Notes: generated by a model from the letters alone, not told the origin. A stretch of 64,000 nt of DNA from an uncultured Phycisphaerales bacterium (GCA_963758525.1 CAVWVQ010000003.1:3008001-3072000); one strand, 5' to 3'. Numbered from the stretch's first letter, positions 25,443 to 35,835 are shown. Program-made: numbers and translations.

Positions 25443-27378
25443 GTGCGCCTGCGAGCGTACCAGCATAGAGAGGTGCAAGTCCTCTCCGGGCATAGCGTTC
25501 TCCAGCCCGTAACTGAAAGTAACTGCGTGGCCGTGAGGCCAGGTGGAGAGCAACTGGAGGTGAACGACCAGTCCGAAACACAAGTGAACTCGATTCGGCC
25601 TGAAACGGTGACGAGCCTGCCTAAAAGTGGCGAAGTCCAGACCCGCGAGGGAGCGATGCATCTTTCAAGGGAAGCCCGGTGAGCTGAAGGGTAACGTGCA
25701 GAGAGGCGACGAGCCTCTCGTAAAGCGATGCCGGGGCCGTGAGGGTGATTGGAGTCGGAATGGTTGGAAGTGCTGGTGCGTGAAGCAGGGAGACCTGTTC
25801 CGGAAAGCGAACGGAGTTCATACGCCGTAACCAGTCGGCGTCGAAGAGCCGCCGGGGCAGGAGTCAGAGCGTCCGTAGTAGCGACGAAACGCCTTAACGG
25901 GCGTGGAGCCAAGGGACGCAGGAAAGTGGATGCGGGATGAATAGACCAATGGAACAACAATCGGCGCGAGTGCCCCGACTCGGGGCTAAGCAAGCCGAAG
26001 AATCCCATCGCATCGCGGGCGCAGGCTCGCGATGGGCATGGGCGGAACCATCGGTCTGGACAGCGCGCATGTTGCAGGCCCTTGAACAAGGGGTCAAAGG
26101 AGGCATCTGGTTCAGCCTGATTGATAAAGTCTACAAACGCAGCAACCTCTGGTCGTCATGGAGTAAGGTGGCGGCCAACAAGGGAGCGGCAGGCGTGGAC
26201 CATGTGACGGTGAAGCAGTACGAGCGCCATGTGGAAAAGCACATCGAGCATCTGACGGAAGAACTGAGGGCCGGGACGTATCGGCCCAAGGCGATCCGCC
26301 GGTGCTACATCCCCAAACCCGGCAGCGCCCAGGGGCGACCGCTGGGGATACCGACTGTGCAGGACCGCGTGGTTCAGGGCGCGCTGCGTCACGTGCTGGA
26401 ACCGATCTTCGAGAAGGACTTTCACGAGCACAGCTACGGCTTTCGCCCCGGAAGGGGATGCAAAGACGCGCTGCGTCACGTGCAGAAACTTTTGGACGAC
26501 GGATACCGGTACGTGGTAGACGCGGATCTGAAAAGCTACTTTGACACGATCCCGCACCGGCAGTTAATGGAGCGGGTGAGCCAGAAGGTGGCCGACGGAC
26601 GAGTGCTGAAACTGATCGAATCATTCCTCACGCAAGGCGTGCTGGAAGGACTGGACCAGTGGACGCCCGCATCCGGCGCGCCGCAAGGCGCGGTGCTCAG
26701 CCCACTGCTGAGTAACGTCTATCTGGACCCGCTGGACCATCTGATGGCCCGGCAGGGATTCCAGATGGTGCGCTACGCGGATGACTTTGTGATCCTGTGT
26801 CAGAGCCAAGAGGAGGCCGAGCGGGCGCTGGCCGAGGTGCAACGATGGACGGCGCAAGCCGGTCTGACGCTGCATCCGGAGAAGACACGAATCGTCGATG
26901 AGCGACAAAAGGGCTTCGACTTCCTGGGCTATCACTTTGGCCAAGGTCAAAGAGAACCCGGGAGCAAGAGCCTCAAGAAACTCAAAGACACCATTCGTGA
27001 AAAGACCCAACGTCGGAACGGCACTCGAATGGTCTGCATCATCGGCACGGTCAATCAGACGCTGCGTGGCTGGTTTGGCTACTTCAAACACAGCCGACGC
27101 GAGACGTTCGCTCCGCTGGACGCGTGGATCCGTATGAGGCTGCGAAGCATCTTGCGGCGACGCCACGGCGGGCGTGGACGTGGCGGTGGTCGTGACCACT
27201 ACCGCTGGCCCAATGCATACTTTGCCAAGCTGGGACTTTTCTCGCTGTTACAAGCCCATCGCTTGGCCTGTCAACCCGCTCGAACGGGAACCCACTGACT
27301 GGAGAGCCGGATGCGGGAGAACCGCCAGTCCGGTTCGGCGGGAGGGGAGGCCGGGAAACCGGCCTTCCCTACCCCGAT
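25443..27378 (+). mobile_element. Complete group II intron (1936 nt) carrying an RT/maturase ORF
   Basis: 5' GTGCG; domain V GAGAGCCGGATGCGGGAGAACCGCCAGTCCGGTTCG (AGC triad); domain VI ending CCTACCCCGAT. Removing the intron restores the GTTGAAC core site. Confidence 0.93.
25937..27298 (+). CDS. ltrA: Group II intron reverse transcriptase/maturase (RT + X, no endonuclease domain)
   Basis: GAAGVD, RPLGIPTVQDRVVQ, SYGFRPGR, DADLKSYFDTI, GAPQGAVLSPLL, RYADD, LRGWFGYF; no HNH tail. Confidence 0.95.
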   Translation: MNRPMEQQSARVPRLGAKQAEESHRIAGAGSRWAWAEPSVWTARMLQALEQGVKGGIWFSLIDKVYKRSNLWSSWSKVAANKGAAGVDHVTVKQYERHVEKHIEHLTEELRAGTYRPKAIRRCYIPKPGSAQGRPLGIPTVQDRVVQGALRHVLEPIFEKDFHEHSYGFRPGRGCKDALRHVQKLLDDGYRYVVDADLKSYFDTIPHRQLMERVSQKVADGRVLKLIESFLTQGVLEGLDQWTPASGAPQGAVLSPLLSNVYLDPLDHLMARQGFQMVRYADDFVILCQSQEEAERALAEVQRWTAQAGLTLHPEKTRIVDERQKGFDFLGYHFGQGQREPGSKSLKKLKDTIREKTQRRNGTRMVCIIGTVNQTLRGWFGYFKHSRRETFAPLDAWIRMRLRSILRRRHGGRGRGGGRDHYRWPNAYFAKLGLFSLLQAHRLACQPARTGTH

Positions 27379-27487
27379 TTCAACGGATAGAGTTCTCTGG
27401 CCGTCCACGCGACGCGGCCGGGAACGTGAAACTGAAGACAAGCTAACGACGCGACGCGGGACGGTCCAGAGCAACGCGGGGTTATGC
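27379..27487 (-). other. attC recombination site of an integron-type gene cassette (R' box interrupted by the intron)
   Basis: Minus strand reads GCATAAC-cccgc-GTTGCTCTGGACCGTCCCGCGTCGCG...CGCGTCGCGTGGACGGCCAGAGAAC-tctatcc-GTTGAA|C, an imperfect stem with unpaired (extrahelical-like) bases. Confidence 0.8.
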
Positions 27488-27865
27488 CGCAACTCCGGAT
27501 CGCCTAGCAGACCGGCCCGGCAAGAAAAAATGTGACGGCAAGATCGATAAATACGGCGATTGCCGGACATAGGAAAATCGCCAGAAGATATAGTGCTTTT
27601 GCCCCGCCGGACGCGCCAGTTTGGATTAGCAAGAAATGGACAAAGGAGCCTAATACGCACATGCAATCGATCGCCAAGCAGGATAGCCAGATCGCGCCAA
27701 CCCGCTGGTAATTGCTGCCCGCTGCGAACTGCAGGACGATGCAGACGATGTTGATGATGGCAACTACAAGGACAAGATGCCCAGCCGAACGCCGAAGCCG
27801 ACGATCGCTCTCCGATACATTCCCTGGCGACGGGGTCGAGTAGTCGAGCACGCGTTGCCGCATAA
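27384..27865 (-). mobile_element. Single integron-type gene cassette (482 bp)
   Basis: Begins G|TTATGCGGCAAC with the ATG inside the core site. Its own attC begins GTTGCGGCATAAC, complementary at 12/13 positions. Confidence 0.78.
27504..27863 (-). CDS. Cassette-borne hypothetical three-TM membrane protein
   Basis: 119 aa, VLDY N-terminal motif, three hydrophobic segments, lower GC; fills the cassette. Confidence 0.75.
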   Translation of the reverse strand: MRQRVLDYSTPSPGNVSESDRRLRRSAGHLVLVVAIINIVCIVLQFAAGSNYQRVGAIWLSCLAIDCMCVLGSFVHFLLIQTGASGGAKALYLLAIFLCPAIAVFIDLAVTFFLAGPVC

Positions 27866-27955
27866 CGAAGAGGACTTTATGCAGCGTGCGGCCAAAACCA
27901 TGACCAGACGGAACCGGTTCGTCGCACGCTGGATAAAGTCTGTTGAACTGAACCG
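27866..27955 (-). other. Upstream half of a palindromic attC-like acceptor site
   Basis: 20-bp inverted arms at 27873-27892 and 27921-27940 (2 mismatches). GTTGAACTGAACCG at 27942-27955 mirrors CGGTTTAG|TTCAAC across the intron junction. Confidence 0.65.
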
Positions 27956-28106
27956 ATCGTCAGTTTCTATGGGGATTGTATCGAGTTGCCGGGGCGGTGT
28001 CCCGCTCGGACTGATGCATGCCGCGGTTTGCGCCGCTGCATGATTCTTGGGAGAGGCGTTGCCGTGCGACTCCGCTCTGCTGGATTGTCGCCTTGAACCA
28101 CCGGGA

Positions 28107-28285
28107 AATCAAACGGGGACAGCCGTCTATTATTTTTCATCGCTGCCTCACGCTTTCTGCGCCCCACGCCCCGATTCAGCCCATGGTACGCGATTCCACC
28201 AGGAGCGATGCGGGCCGTCCTCGGCATCTCTCCACTTGAGCCGATCAGCCGCCGTTTGGAAATAGGCGGCCGTCCCCGTTTGATT
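28107..28285 (-). mobile_element. Truncated REP-associated tyrosine transposase (RAYT, Y1) remnant between 25-bp inverted repeats
   Basis: MPRTARIAPGGIAYHGLNRGVGR from 28227 resembles a RAYT N-terminus; IRs aatcaaacggggac(a/g)gccg(t/c)ctatt at 28107-28131 and 28261-28285. Confidence 0.7.
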
Positions 28286-28352
28286 CCCCCAAAACCGCAC
28301 GTCTGGTCTTCTCCCGCACGTTGCTCGTCTTCTGCTAACCAATGTGGAAAGT

Positions 28353-28452
28353 TCACCGCAGAGGGCGCAGAGTAACGCTGAGGCAGAAAAGACGACGAGG
28401 CTGCAAGTCGCTTTTCCCTTCCCTCTGCGCTCCTCCGCCTCCTCTGCGGTAA
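28353..28452. repeat. Intergenic inverted repeat of the ACCGCAGAG..CGCAGAG type
   Basis: tcaccgcagagggcgcagag ... ctctgcgctcctccgcctcctctgcggtaa. Confidence 0.6.
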
Positions 28453-28956
28453 ACATCGCATCCGATTTGACGGATTGTGGCACGGATCGCCTGACGGCGT
28501 CGCCGGTGATTGCGATTTGTCTTTTGGCCGCCATGAGTCCCGCATCAAAGATCTGAGCCCCAGCCGCTTGGCGATCTCGCGAGTCCATGAACCGCCGCAA
28601 AACGGGGCAGCGCGGTTTGAAGCGTTGGCTTATGCCGGGCTGGGACAAATAATGTGACATTTCGTGACATTACGTGCCATTTTTTTGGGTGAACTGAGTT
28701 GCGGGCTTCCGGATGGCAAAATCCGGGGCGACAGTAAATGTCGCATCGCGAGGCGGGGATTTCGTAGATTGACGGCGTGAATCGGGGCGGTGGAGAAGCC
28801 GGCAGCACGAAGCCAGGAGTTCAGGAGTCAGGAGTTTGGGCACGCCCGCGGCATCGGGGCGGCAAAAACATGCGGTATGTCTTGCTCCGGTGGGCCATCG
28901 CCCTAAAATGGCCGCCGGCGGATTCCGGACGCAGAGGAGATTGGACTTTTTGGCGG

Positions 28957-30450
28957 ATGTTTGAGCAGTACCAGGTCAACGGGCTCTTCGACGAGATGTT
29001 CGAAGCGCCGGGCGAGCCGCGGAAGCACTATTCCGCCGTGGCTTCGCGGCTCAAGGCGCTGGGCCCGGCGGCGTTTGCGCGGCGAGTGCGCATGGCGGAC
29101 CTCACCTTCCGCAATCAGGGGATCACATTCACCGTCTACAGCGACCGCCGGGGCGTCGAGAAGATCTTTCCGTTCGACCTGGTTCCCCGGCTCATCCCGG
29201 CCGATGAATGGGACCTGATCGAGCGCGGGCTGACCCAGCGCATCACGGCGCTGAATCTGTTCTGCCAGGATATTTATCACGAGCAGCGCATTCTGCGCGA
29301 GGGGATCATTCCGCCGGAGCTGATTTACGGCGCGAAGATGTTTCGGCGGGAGATGTTCCACGTGAATGTTCCGCGGAACATCTACATCCATATTTGCGGC
29401 ACGGATCTCATTCGCGACAAGCAGGGGAAATATTTTGTTCTGGAGGACAACGGGCGCACGCCGAGCGGCGTGAGCTACGTGCTGGAAAACCGGGCGGTGA
29501 TGAAGCGCGTTTTTCCCGCGCTGTTCAGCGCGTATCGCGTGCGGGCGATCGAGGATTATCCGCACAATCTGCTGCAGTGCCTCAAATACGTCGCGCCAAG
29601 CCGGACGGATGAGCCGAGCATCGTGGTCCTCACTCCCGGCACCTACAACTCGGCCTATTTTGAGCATAGTTTTCTGGCTCGGCAGATGGGCGTCGATCTG
29701 GTCGAGGGGCAGGATCTGGTTGTCGACAACTCGTTTGTCTACAAGCGGACCACCGCAGGGCTTCGGCGTGTTGATGTGATTTACCGCCGGCTCGACGACG
29801 ACTTTATCGATCCGCTCTGCTTCCGGCCTGACAGCATTTTGGGCTCGGCGGGGCTGATGAACGCGTATCGGTGCGGCAACGTCGCGCTGGTCAACGCGGT
29901 CGGCACCGGGGTCGCCGACGATAAGGCGATCTATCCGTTCGTTCCCGACATGATCAAGTTTTACATGTCGCAGGAAGCGATACTTCCTAACGTGCCGACG
30001 TACATCTGCGCCAAGCCGGCGGATTGCAAATATACGCTGGAGAATCTCGACAAGCTGGTGGTCAAAAGCACCAACGAATCGGGCGGCTATGGAATGCTGA
30101 TGGGCCATCAGTCAACCAGGGAAGAGCAGGACAAATTTGCGGAACAGATCAAGGCCGACCCGCGAAATTTCATCGCGCAGCCGGTCGTGGAATTGAGCCA
30201 GCATCCCAGTCTTGTCGAGGACCGCTTTGAGGGACGCCGAATCGATCTGCGGCCGTATATTCTGTACGGCGAGAAAGTGATCGTCATGCCCGGCGGGCTG
30301 ACGCGCGTGGCGCTGCGCAAGGGGAGCCTGGTGGTGAACAGCTCCCAGGGGGGCGGCAGCAAGGATACCTGGGTGCTGGAGGATGCGGAGGGATCCGAAC
30401 CGACGATTTCCGAGACCGCGGAAGCGGCCGAAGCCAGAGGCAGCTCATGA
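28957..30450 (+). CDS. Circularly permuted type 2 ATP-grasp protein
   Basis: [64 protein letters not shown]; start placed at MFEQY. Confidence 0.93.
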   Translation: MFEQYQVNGLFDEMFEAPGEPRKHYSAVASRLKALGPAAFARRVRMADLTFRNQGITFTVYSDRRGVEKIFPFDLVPRLIPADEWDLIERGLTQRITALNLFCQDIYHEQRILREGIIPPELIYGAKMFRREMFHVNVPRNIYIHICGTDLIRDKQGKYFVLEDNGRTPSGVSYVLENRAVMKRVFPALFSAYRVRAIEDYPHNLLQCLKYVAPSRTDEPSIVVLTPGTYNSAYFEHSFLARQMGVDLVEGQDLVVDNSFVYKRTTAGLRRVDVIYRRLDDDFIDPLCFRPDSILGSAGLMNAYRCGNVALVNAVGTGVADDKAIYPFVPDMIKFYMSQEAILPNVPTYICAKPADCKYTLENLDKLVVKSTNESGGYGMLMGHQSTREEQDKFAEQIKADPRNFIAQPVVELSQHPSLVEDRFEGRRIDLRPYILYGEKVIVMPGGLTRVALRKGSLVVNSSQGGGSKDTWVLEDAEGSEPTISETAEAAEARGSS

Positions 30451-31454
30451 CCGAGATGAATGTTCAGGTGTCTCCGCGGCTTTCGCTGCACCGCGCCGCG
30501 CGGCCGATGCTGGCGCGCGACGCCGACGCGATGTACTGGATGAGCCGGTATGTGGAGCGCGCGGAGCACATCGCGCGTCTGCTGCTGGTCAATTCCAATC
30601 TGCTGATCGACGTGGGCGATCTGGCGCCGCGCCTGCAGCAGCAGCAGTGGGAAAGCGTGCTGACGATCATGCACACGCCCCCGCCGCCCGCCGACGGGTT
30701 GGACATCGGGCCGCGCATTCAGCGCTACATGGCATTCGATCACGACAACCCCAACAGCCTGGTGAGCTGCTTCACCCGCGCCCGCGAAAACGCGCGGGGC
30801 ATTCGCGAGAACATTTCGGCCGAGATGTGGGAAAGCCTCAACACGCTCTACTGGTCGATCACCTCCGATGAAGCGCCGGCCCGGTTCGAGGACTCTTCGG
30901 ACGACTTTTACCGGCAACTGATGATCGGGTCGATGCTCTATCAGGGGCTGACCGATCAGACGCTCGCCCACGATCAGCGCTGGCAATTCGCGCAGCTTGC
31001 CAAGTACCTGGAGCGCGTCGATGTCACGTGCCGGGTGATCGAGGCGAAGTTCAACATTCTGCGGGACACCGAATTTCTTGAGAACGCCCTGCGCAATATT
31101 CACTGGATGGCGGTCCTGCGAAGCTGCTGCTCGATCGAAGGGTATCGGCGCAATTACGTCGGCGACATGGACCCGTCGCGCGTGGCTTCCTATCTGATTC
31201 TCGAGCGCCACTTTCCGCGCAGCATTCGTTATGGGGTGATGATGGCGCACTGCGCGATCGCCGCGATTCGCTCCGAGGTGAACCCGCTGGCGATCGATCC
31301 GGCGGAGCGAATTCTGGGCCGGCTGAACGCGCAGCTCGAATACGCCGAGCCGTCGGAGATCTTCAGCGAGGGACTGCCGAGCTATTTGCAGAAGATTCAG
31401 GACGCGATCGCGGAGACTGCTGTCGCGGTGCAGAAAGCGTACTTTCTGCACTAG
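30447..31454 (+). CDS. Alpha-E domain protein (DUF403)
   Basis: [36 protein letters not shown]; overlaps the ATP-grasp stop codon (ATGA). Confidence 0.92.
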   Translation: MTEMNVQVSPRLSLHRAARPMLARDADAMYWMSRYVERAEHIARLLLVNSNLLIDVGDLAPRLQQQQWESVLTIMHTPPPPADGLDIGPRIQRYMAFDHDNPNSLVSCFTRARENARGIRENISAEMWESLNTLYWSITSDEAPARFEDSSDDFYRQLMIGSMLYQGLTDQTLAHDQRWQFAQLAKYLERVDVTCRVIEAKFNILRDTEFLENALRNIHWMAVLRSCCSIEGYRRNYVGDMDPSRVASYLILERHFPRSIRYGVMMAHCAIAAIRSEVNPLAIDPAERILGRLNAQLEYAEPSEIFSEGLPSYLQKIQDAIAETAVAVQKAYFLH

Positions 31455-31676
31455 AGCAGGGGGTTGCAAAACGGGCTCTAGGCGCGTCGCAGCTTGCCGC
31501 AATTGCCAAAATCGGTGCATAACTGGAAGATTTCGATGCCCTGTTGAACAATTTCGCTGGCGGGGGTATCGCTTGTGCGCAATGTTTCTGAGCGGGGCTA
31601 AGATCATGCTGTCTGTACGAAAGCTCGCGACAGCGGACCGTTAGCGGCGGATCGTCAGAGGCGCTGGAGAAAACGT

Positions 31677-33703
31677 ATGCATCGAATTCGAATTGGTCAC
31701 AAACCCCGCCGCATCCATCGTGCGCCTGCCTTCGAGACGCTGGAGTCGCGCCACCTGCTGTCAGCGGCATCGAGCATCTATCTGCACGATGACATGCAGA
31801 TTCTGAAAAATGCGTCCAGCGGGACCACGGTGCAGGGGTTCACGCCAAGTCAGATCAAGAAAGCCTACGGCTTTGACAGCGTCACCTTTAACAGCGGGGC
31901 GGTGACCGGCAACGGGAGCGGTCAGACCATCGCGATCGTGGATGCCTTCAACGCGCCGTATATTTCCAGCGATCTGGGAGTGTTCGACGCGCAGTTCGGC
32001 ATCAGCGCGCCGCCGAGCTTGAGAGTCGTGAATCAGAGCGGCGGATCGACGCTCCCGGCAAACGATCCGGGGTGGGCCGGGGAGATTTCGCTCGACGTCG
32101 AGTGGGCGCATGCCATCGCGCCGGCGGCGAATATTCTGCTCGTTGAGGCCAACAGCGCAACCCTCACCGCCCTGCTGGCGGGAGTCAACTACGCCCGGCA
32201 CGTGGCGGGCGTCTCGGCGGTCTCGATGAGCTGGGGCGGCAGCGAATTCTTCAGCTTCAACGGCACGGAATTCACCGGCGAAACGCAGTACGACTCCGAC
32301 TTCACCACTCCTTCCGGTCACGGCGGCGTCACCTTCATCGCATCGGCCGGCGACAGCGGAACGTTCTCCGGCGTTCAATGGCCGGCAGTGTCCCCAAATG
32401 TGTTGTCCGTCGGCGGAACCAGTCTCTACACCAGCGCGGACGGCACCTACAACTCGGAGTATTCGTGGGTGGGAACCAGCGGGGGCTACAGCGAGATTGA
32501 GCCAACTCCCTCCTATCAGAACGGCGTCGATTTCGCGGGAACGCGCAGCTCCCCGGACGTCGCGTACGTTGCCGATCCAAATACCGGCGTGGCAGTCTTC
32601 GATTCGTATCCTGACGGCGGGTACGTCGGATGGCAGGTGGTGGGCGGCACCAGCGCCGTGCGCCGCAGTGGGCGGGGCTGATTGCGATCGCGAATCAGGG
32701 ACGCGCCCTCTCGGGTCTCGGCACGCTCGACGGTGTGTCGCAGACGCTCCCGATCATCTACAGCCTGTACAGCGCGCCGGGGACGAGCGGCTATTCCAGC
32801 TACACATCCGACTTCAACGACATCATCGACCCGCGCAACTTCTTCGAAGCCGCCACGCCCGGGTACGACCAACTCACCGGCGTGGGGTCGCCCAAGGCGT
32901 TTAATGTGGTCGATGCATTGGCGGACATCTCGCCGGGGAGTCAGCCGATAACGCCCACTCCTCCGACGACGCCGGTGCTGCCTCCTTCGACCATCGAGGC
33001 GACCATCATTTCCTCGCTGCCGGTTTCCGCGGTGGGCGACACCATCGGCTCGATGACGCTGCGGCTGTTCAATACCGGCGCCACCGCGTTCAGCGGGCCT
33101 CTCTCGGTTGCGCTCTACACCACAACCGACGGTTCGATTACTGCGAGTGACACGCCGTTTGAGACCGTGACGCTGGATCAGGTGAATGTCGCCGCCAACA
33201 AAGCATCGAAGGTGGTGGTCCACTTCAAGTATCCCACGAACGTTCCCAATGGCAGCTATCAGTTCGCCGCCGCCGTCACCGCTACCGGCGCCGGCACGGC
33301 ACCGGCCGATGCCGTCGCGTCCGATTCGGTCAGCATTGCGGCCCCGATTGTCGATCTCGACGCCAAGGCACTTCAGAAGAGCACGGCCGTCAATCCAGGC
33401 CATCGCAAGTCGATCGAAATTCGCATCACCAATACCGGCAACTTCACCGCCTCGGGCGTGCTGACGTTGAATCTCTATTCATCGACTGATACCACGCTCG
33501 ACGCCTCGGATCCGATGATTCTCTCGTTCGGAAGGCGCATCGCGCTGCGGCCCGCGCGTTCGATGCTGGTGAACCTCCGCTTCGTGGCGCCGTCGTCGTT
33601 GGCTGCGGGGTCCTACAACCTGATCGCGGCGGCAAGCTCGTCTATTCGGCCGCCCGATGTCGATTCGGGCGACAAGATCGTTGTGATCGCAACGCGGGGA
33701 TGA
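31677..33703 (+). CDS. Secreted S53 (sedolisin/kumamolisin) peptidase with C-terminal CARDB-like domains; frameshift near 32658
   Basis: FETLESRHLLS leader; EISLDVEW, SAGDSG, PDVA and GGTS, then GYDQLTGVGSP in the second frame. Confidence 0.88.
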
Positions 33704-33718
33704 TCCAGCCGAGAGCCG

Positions 33719-35386
33719 TCAGTCACGCGGACCCGGAGGAAGGTCGAATGGAGGCCCGCCAGGCGGCCCGCCGAAACCGGGCGGTCCCCCGCGGCCCCCA
33801 AAGCCTCCGCCGGCGGGATGATTCGGGCGTTGCTTGTCGCGCGGATCTTCCGTGCCCCAATATCCTCCGATCAGATACGGGAAGACGCCGGGTGTGACGT
33901 GATAGTGCCAGCCGCGCTGGGGGTCGAAGTGCAGGTTGAAGCCGTTGAGCGCGTGTTCGCCGCGAGCATCTTTGGCCATCAGATTCTTGCTTTCGTAGGG
34001 ACCGTAGACGGGGAAACCGTCAAAGGCCCAGCCGATCAGCGGCGAGTGCTTGCTGCCGTCGTCGGCCCAGGGGGAATTCAGGCAGATCGGATACTTGTGA
34101 TAGTGGTACAGGTTATCCTGATTCGGATGGCCGCAGCAGCGGTCCATCAGATCGCTGGCATCGCGATTCCCCATGTCGAACGGATTGAAGAAGACCACGC
34201 CGTTGACGGCGATGCCGACGGGCCCCATCGGCAGGGCATGATTGGAGTTGTCTGTCGTCGTGACAAAGTGCCTCGGATTCACCTTCGGATCCAGCGGAAG
34301 GTAAAACGTCTCGTCCTGCTCCTGGATGGAATTGGGGTTCCCATTTCCAGAAGAACGCTCGGCGGGGAACTTAGCAGTGGGGTGATTCGGAATCCCGCGC
34401 GAGTGAATGATCATGGTCGTTTCGTCAAAGCTCACCGTGACGTTGTCCAGCACGACACGATCTGAAGTGACGATCGCGCCCGAATCGTCCTTCTCCCCGG
34501 CATGCAGCACGGCGGTCATGTTTCCCGCAAACGGCGCACTGTAGACAGCGTCGTGATAGAGAAGCCGATCCGCGTTGGACGCGTCGAATTTCTTCGGCGG
34601 CGACTCCTCGTTGTCCTTCGCCCAGTAGAACCAGCGGCCGCCGATGGCGATCAGTTTGCCGGGCGGCGCAGTCGTCTCCACCGTTTGGGTCGCGCGGGGC
34701 TTGGGCGCGTCGACCGGCTCAGGAATCCGGATGAGGCTGAAATCGTCGACAAAGAACTCGGAGTTGGCAGCGTTCGTTGCGGCGCCATGCCCGAAGCCGA
34801 CGCAGAGCCGAAGTTGTGTCACCTGCGGGAACGGGAGCCAAAAATCGAGCTGGTAGGTCCGCCAAGCTTCCGCGCCGTTGCGGTGACGCACGCCGTTGAC
34901 GGTCAGATCCCGGCGAGCTTCCTCCACTTGCGGATAGATTGACATTTCCTTGGCATCGTAGGAAGTGCTCCCATGGTCCCCCAGGAAGAAGACCTTCATA
35001 TACAGGTCGTCATTTCTGACTGCGAAATTTTCCTCCGGCAGCCCGCGAAACGTAAACCGGAACCATCGTCCAGCCGCCGCGTCGATTCCGGTTACCACCT
35101 GCGCAACCTCGCCGGCAGGCGGGCCTCCGCTCTGACGTTTGGCGGATTGCAATGCGACACCGAAGCTCGAAAAATCACGATGCAAGTCTCCGAGGAAGCG
35201 ATACTCAACGGCGCCCGCGAGCGCATAACCAACCGGTGCGCCATCGGGGCCGCGCGTCTCAAAATCTGGGTTGGCAACGAGGTTGCCCGTCGTTGCCGAG
35301 GGCCGGTCCGCAACGGCCGCTCCGAGCAGCCCGACGAACAGCAGCGCGCCGAGGGACTGGACCGATCGTGGAAACTGCAGCCGCAT
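33719..35386 (-). CDS. Exported YHYH-domain protein
   Basis: GIAVNGVVFFNP, DRCCGHP, YHYHKYP, HSPLIGWAFDGFPVYGPY, WHYH; Gly/Pro tail. Confidence 0.85.
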   Translation of the reverse strand: MRLQFPRSVQSLGALLFVGLLGAAVADRPSATTGNLVANPDFETRGPDGAPVGYALAGAVEYRFLGDLHRDFSSFGVALQSAKRQSGGPPAGEVAQVVTGIDAAAGRWFRFTFRGLPEENFAVRNDDLYMKVFFLGDHGSTSYDAKEMSIYPQVEEARRDLTVNGVRHRNGAEAWRTYQLDFWLPFPQVTQLRLCVGFGHGAATNAANSEFFVDDFSLIRIPEPVDAPKPRATQTVETTAPPGKLIAIGGRWFYWAKDNEESPPKKFDASNADRLLYHDAVYSAPFAGNMTAVLHAGEKDDSGAIVTSDRVVLDNVTVSFDETTMIIHSRGIPNHPTAKFPAERSSGNGNPNSIQEQDETFYLPLDPKVNPRHFVTTTDNSNHALPMGPVGIAVNGVVFFNPFDMGNRDASDLMDRCCGHPNQDNLYHYHKYPICLNSPWADDGSKHSPLIGWAFDGFPVYGPYESKNLMAKDARGEHALNGFNLHFDPQRGWHYHVTPGVFPYLIGGYWGTEDPRDKQRPNHPAGGGFGGRGGPPGFGGPPGGPPFDLPPGPRD

Positions 35387-35507
35387 TGGATGACCTCCGT
35401 GAGATGGCACTACAGGGCCGATACAACGGATCAATGGACGAGCCCGCCGTTTCGGTAACCGCCGTCATGGAAAAGCTGATCGCAGAAGCGCGCGAACCCG
35501 CTGCCCC

Positions 35508-35605
35508 AAAGCCGCCGGCTCCGCCGGCGGGAATTTCTGCGCGTTCGTACTAATAACACTGCTTCGGGACAACGGGAAGTTCCCGCCGGCAGAGCCGGCG
35601 GCTTT
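35508..35605. repeat. Intergenic inverted repeat (30-bp arms)
   Basis: aaagccgccggctccgccggcgggaatttc / gaagttcccgccggcagagccggcggcttt. Confidence 0.75.
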
Positions 35606-35767
35606 CTGGGGTTCCTGGGGACGATCGCCGGCGGTGTCGCTAAAAGCGTTCAATGAACTCGATAGCACTATTTTCAATCGGGACTGGACGTTCGCGTATA
35701 ACGCGCCAGAGGGGCGACGCGATCGGGGGTGTAACTTTTATTTGTGGCGATTGCAGATTTTGCGATC

Positions 35768-35835
35768 GTAGGGCGGGATTCATCCCGCCGTTTTCTCAGC
35801 CGGCCAACAAATCGGCGGGATGAATCCCGCCCTAC
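35768..35835. repeat. GTAG-type REP doublet
   Basis: GTAGGGCGGGATTCATCCCGCCG plus a perfect inverted copy; same unit as 7651-7720. Confidence 0.8.

Noticed and set aside
25937..27298. RT as a retron, DGR, CRISPR-RT or defence RT
   Set aside because: It has a maturase X domain and is embedded in clear group II intron ends (GTGCG, domains V and VI); no TR/VR pair or cas genes are present
25230..27666. One host ORF interrupted by the intron (..RTLSVE|LNRCAV.. rejoins in frame)
   Set aside because: The rejoined frame runs through the attC hairpin and overlaps the cassette gene out of frame, and the intron is antisense to it. The open frame is coincidental
28903..30108. Long antisense ORFs (this one, plus e.g. 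11386..12888, 15188..16432, 30108..31607, 35674..36960)
   Set aside because: Shadow frames of well-supported genes in high-GC DNA with no recognisable motifs
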